The position numbers and the translations under genes are program-made. The notes under the pieces are model-generated. The model saw only the letters and a program-made list of their open reading frames with translations. It ran no database searches and was not told the DNA's origin. A stretch of DNA of 18,841 bases from NCBI GenBank assembly GCA_046761065.1, contig JBHIFL010000077.1, forward strand, positions 1 through 18,841, given 5' to 3'. The stretch comes from Candidatus Heimdallarchaeota archaeon. GTDB taxonomy: Archaea > Asgardarchaeota > Wukongarchaeia > Wukongarchaeales > JBHIFL01. Positions 16,904 to 18,841 of this stretch are shown here, piece by piece; position 1 is the stretch's first letter; each line of letters starts with the position of its first letter.

Positions 16904-18841
16904 ATGGCACCTGCTTTGTCTTTAAAAAGAAAAAACTATCTGGGATACGATATGAAGAAAACTCAAACATGTCGAATCACGGCACCCGTGAAATATTTAG
17001 GATCACTAGCCCTTTTGCTCTTGTTGATTTTTTCACTGATACCTATCGAACCTAAAACACGATCCCACCCACTACGTATTCACTCAAATATTGAGTGGTT
17101 CACTCACAAGTCCACAGGTAAAATTCAAGCGATCACAGATCAACATGGTACATCCATCACTGAAATAGACCGTAATGAAACTGCGTACCTTGTGGGAACC
17201 ATTTTCACTGGGGATCCTTCTTATCCTACACCATTGGAAATATGGGGGCATATAAAGGGACCGGGCATTTCTCCCACCTTAAATCAGGGAGTGGTGTTCG
17301 GTATAACCCAAACAGATCCAAAAAATAACCATAAATTTGTCATCCCCCTCCAAAATGGAACCGGAGAGAGTATCACATTCTATAGAAGCCTTAAAGGGTT
17401 TTATGAAATAAGAGCCTACGTTCCCGGATATAATCTGGCTCCAGGTAACCTAATTATTGAACCACCTGGAACTTGGGGTCCCACCGATCCCCTTGATATC
17501 TATGCGTATAGCACAATTGGCATCGAGATCGATGGGAATCGTCTTTCTGATGCTCCTTACCCCGTAGTACGGGGCCAAAAGTTTACTGTGCGACTCCATG
17601 CCTTTTATGACGATTTTTCTTACATTGATGCAAGCCAGACTGCTGTATACCTGACACTTCAAACCCCTTTTAACACAGAAGGCTGGACAGAAAAAACACA
17701 ATCCGTTCAATCCTCCTCTCCTTATCGTGATTTTGGCGTAGGCGTACCTATTGATCAACCTCCTGGTATATACCGGTGTATCACGAGTTTAGATCACACT
17801 GCCTTGTCTGGCACAAACGATCCACACTTGAAAGGCAATATGGTTAGTAGTGGTATTTCGCAAAAAACATTTCGGGTGGAGGTTTTAGAGACAAACGAAT
17901 ATTATAGTAAAGTGGATGCTTCCGGTCATTTTGTTGTAAATCCTGATCCTTATTCGCCTAAGCCCATATGGATAACAGTGCATGCGTGGTATTTAAAGGA
18001 TTATTCACCACTTATGTCGAGTGAGGGATTAGATCTTACCCTTGAAGGCCCATTCAATGTAACTAATACTTCATTTAGTACTACAAAAACAGTTTATGCG
18101 CCCGATCATCAATATACGTTTGTGGTATTCATCCCTACCAATAAATCGGCAGGGGAATATTTCTTTCGTGCGATTCTTAACCATGAAGACCATTCAATCA
18201 CCCAAGAACCTCTATTGCGTGGGCAAACGACCCTTTATACCTCTGAAAAGGAAATCAAGATCAGAATCGTTCCAACTAATAAAATTATTCACTTTGATGA
18301 CCCGGGTAGAGATTGGTATATCTGGAGAGATCAAACCCTTCAGGTGTATGGATTCCTCGAAGATGGCATGGAAGGAATTTTAGTCGAGGTTTACATTGGA
18401 TCAGAGAACATTTTTCCTATATATTTGTATAAAGAGGTCTATACCGATTCAAACGGAAAATTCTATGTCATTTTTACTAATGAAGATTTAAGGAACCTTC
18501 CATCAGGGCGAAAACTTCGTCTTTGGGCAGGAAGTACCGACTATGTTACAGAACACCGCTTCTTGATAATCCAAAGTTCGACATCTATCTCAATTGACTC
18601 CTTTGACCCTGACCCGGGCATTACCGGTCAGATAATTCACGTTCTAGGAAACTTAATAGATGATCAAGGACAAAGTGTTAGTGGGGAAGCCATCCGTGTT
18701 CAAGTAATCGGCGAAGGAATCACAGAAAGTGACTATACCTCTTCCGAGGGCATTTTTGATATCCAAATCGTTATCACCGGAGTTAGTGAACCCAAAGACT
18801 TCACAATTCGAGCAGATTATGCTGGACGCGTCCCATATTAT
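16904..18841 (+). CDS. Large secreted/cell-surface protein with tandem Ig-like beta-sandwich domains (3' truncated by the window)
   Basis: Manual translation: stop-free frame from ATG 16904 (alternative ATG 16952) to the window end, 646 codons. Basic then hydrophobic signal segment KYLGSLALLLLLIFSLIP; repeated T.S.G.F, G.Y and G.L.D motifs; several N-X-S/T sequons. Confidence 0.88.
   Translation, partial: MAPALSLKRKNYLGYDMKKTQTCRITAPVKYLGSLALLLLLIFSLIPIEPKTRSHPLRIHSNIEWFTHKSTGKIQAITDQHGTSITEIDRNETAYLVGTIFTGDPSYPTPLEIWGHIKGPGISPTLNQGVVFGITQTDPKNNHKFVIPLQNGTGESITFYRSLKGFYEIRAYVPGYNLAPGNLIIEPPGTWGPTDPLDIYAYSTIGIEIDGNRLSDAPYPVVRGQKFTVRLHAFYDDFSYIDASQTAVYLTLQTPFNTEGWTEKTQSVQSSSPYRDFGVGVPIDQPPGIYRCITSLDHTALSGTNDPHLKGNMVSSGISQKTFRVEVLETNEYYSKVDASGHFVVNPDPYSPKPIWITVHAWYLKDYSPLMSSEGLDLTLEGPFNVTNTSFSTTKTVYAPDHQYTFVVFIPTNKSAGEYFFRAILNHEDHSITQEPLLRGQTTLYTSEKEIKIRIVPTNKIIHFDDPGRDWYIWRDQTLQVYGFLEDGMEGILVEVYIGSENIFPIYLYKEVYTDSNGKFYVIFTNEDLRNLPSGRKLRLWAGSTDYVTEHRFLIIQSSTSISIDSFDPDPGITGQIIHVLGNLIDDQGQSVSGEAIRVQVIGEGITESDYTSSEGIFDIQIVITGVSEPKDFTIRADYAGRVPYY

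Noticed and set aside
17450-18383. Track ORFs 17450-17758 (-) and 18096-18383 (+)
   Set aside because: Both lie inside the long surface-protein frame starting at 16904.
1-18841. CRISPR arrays, tRNA/rRNA genes, transposases or integrases
   Set aside because: No regularly spaced repeats, cloverleaf or rRNA motifs, or recombinase/transposase motifs were seen.

Overview
Archaeal chromosomal segment, most likely from an anaerobic Asgard archaeon (inferred from a longin-domain protein alongside an archaeal TFB and a H4MPT/F420-type Wood-Ljungdahl module). Gene order: divergent TFB; longin + coiled-coil protein; AbrB/ACT-like regulator (minus strand); aldehyde:ferredoxin oxidoreductase (AOR) with two Fe-S proteins; cdhC-cdhD-cdhE with no cdhA/cdhB in the window; mch (minus); a decayed rubrerythrin pseudogene absent from the ORF track; cofE; thioredoxin (minus); and a secreted Ig-like repeat protein of at least 630 aa that runs off the right edge and is also absent from the ORF track. 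The most interesting observations are: (1) an ACS/CFeSP module preceded by an AOR-ferredoxin operon rather than CODH; (2) a tandemly duplicated acidic N-terminal module in CdhD that resembles a basic, linker-tethered C-terminal module in CdhC (candidate multivalent assembly hub); (3) three strongly base-paired intergenic RNA candidates, one of which buries the ribosome-binding site of the longin gene. All family assignments come from motif recognition by eye and all RNA pairings were found by hand; no searches or folding programs were run.
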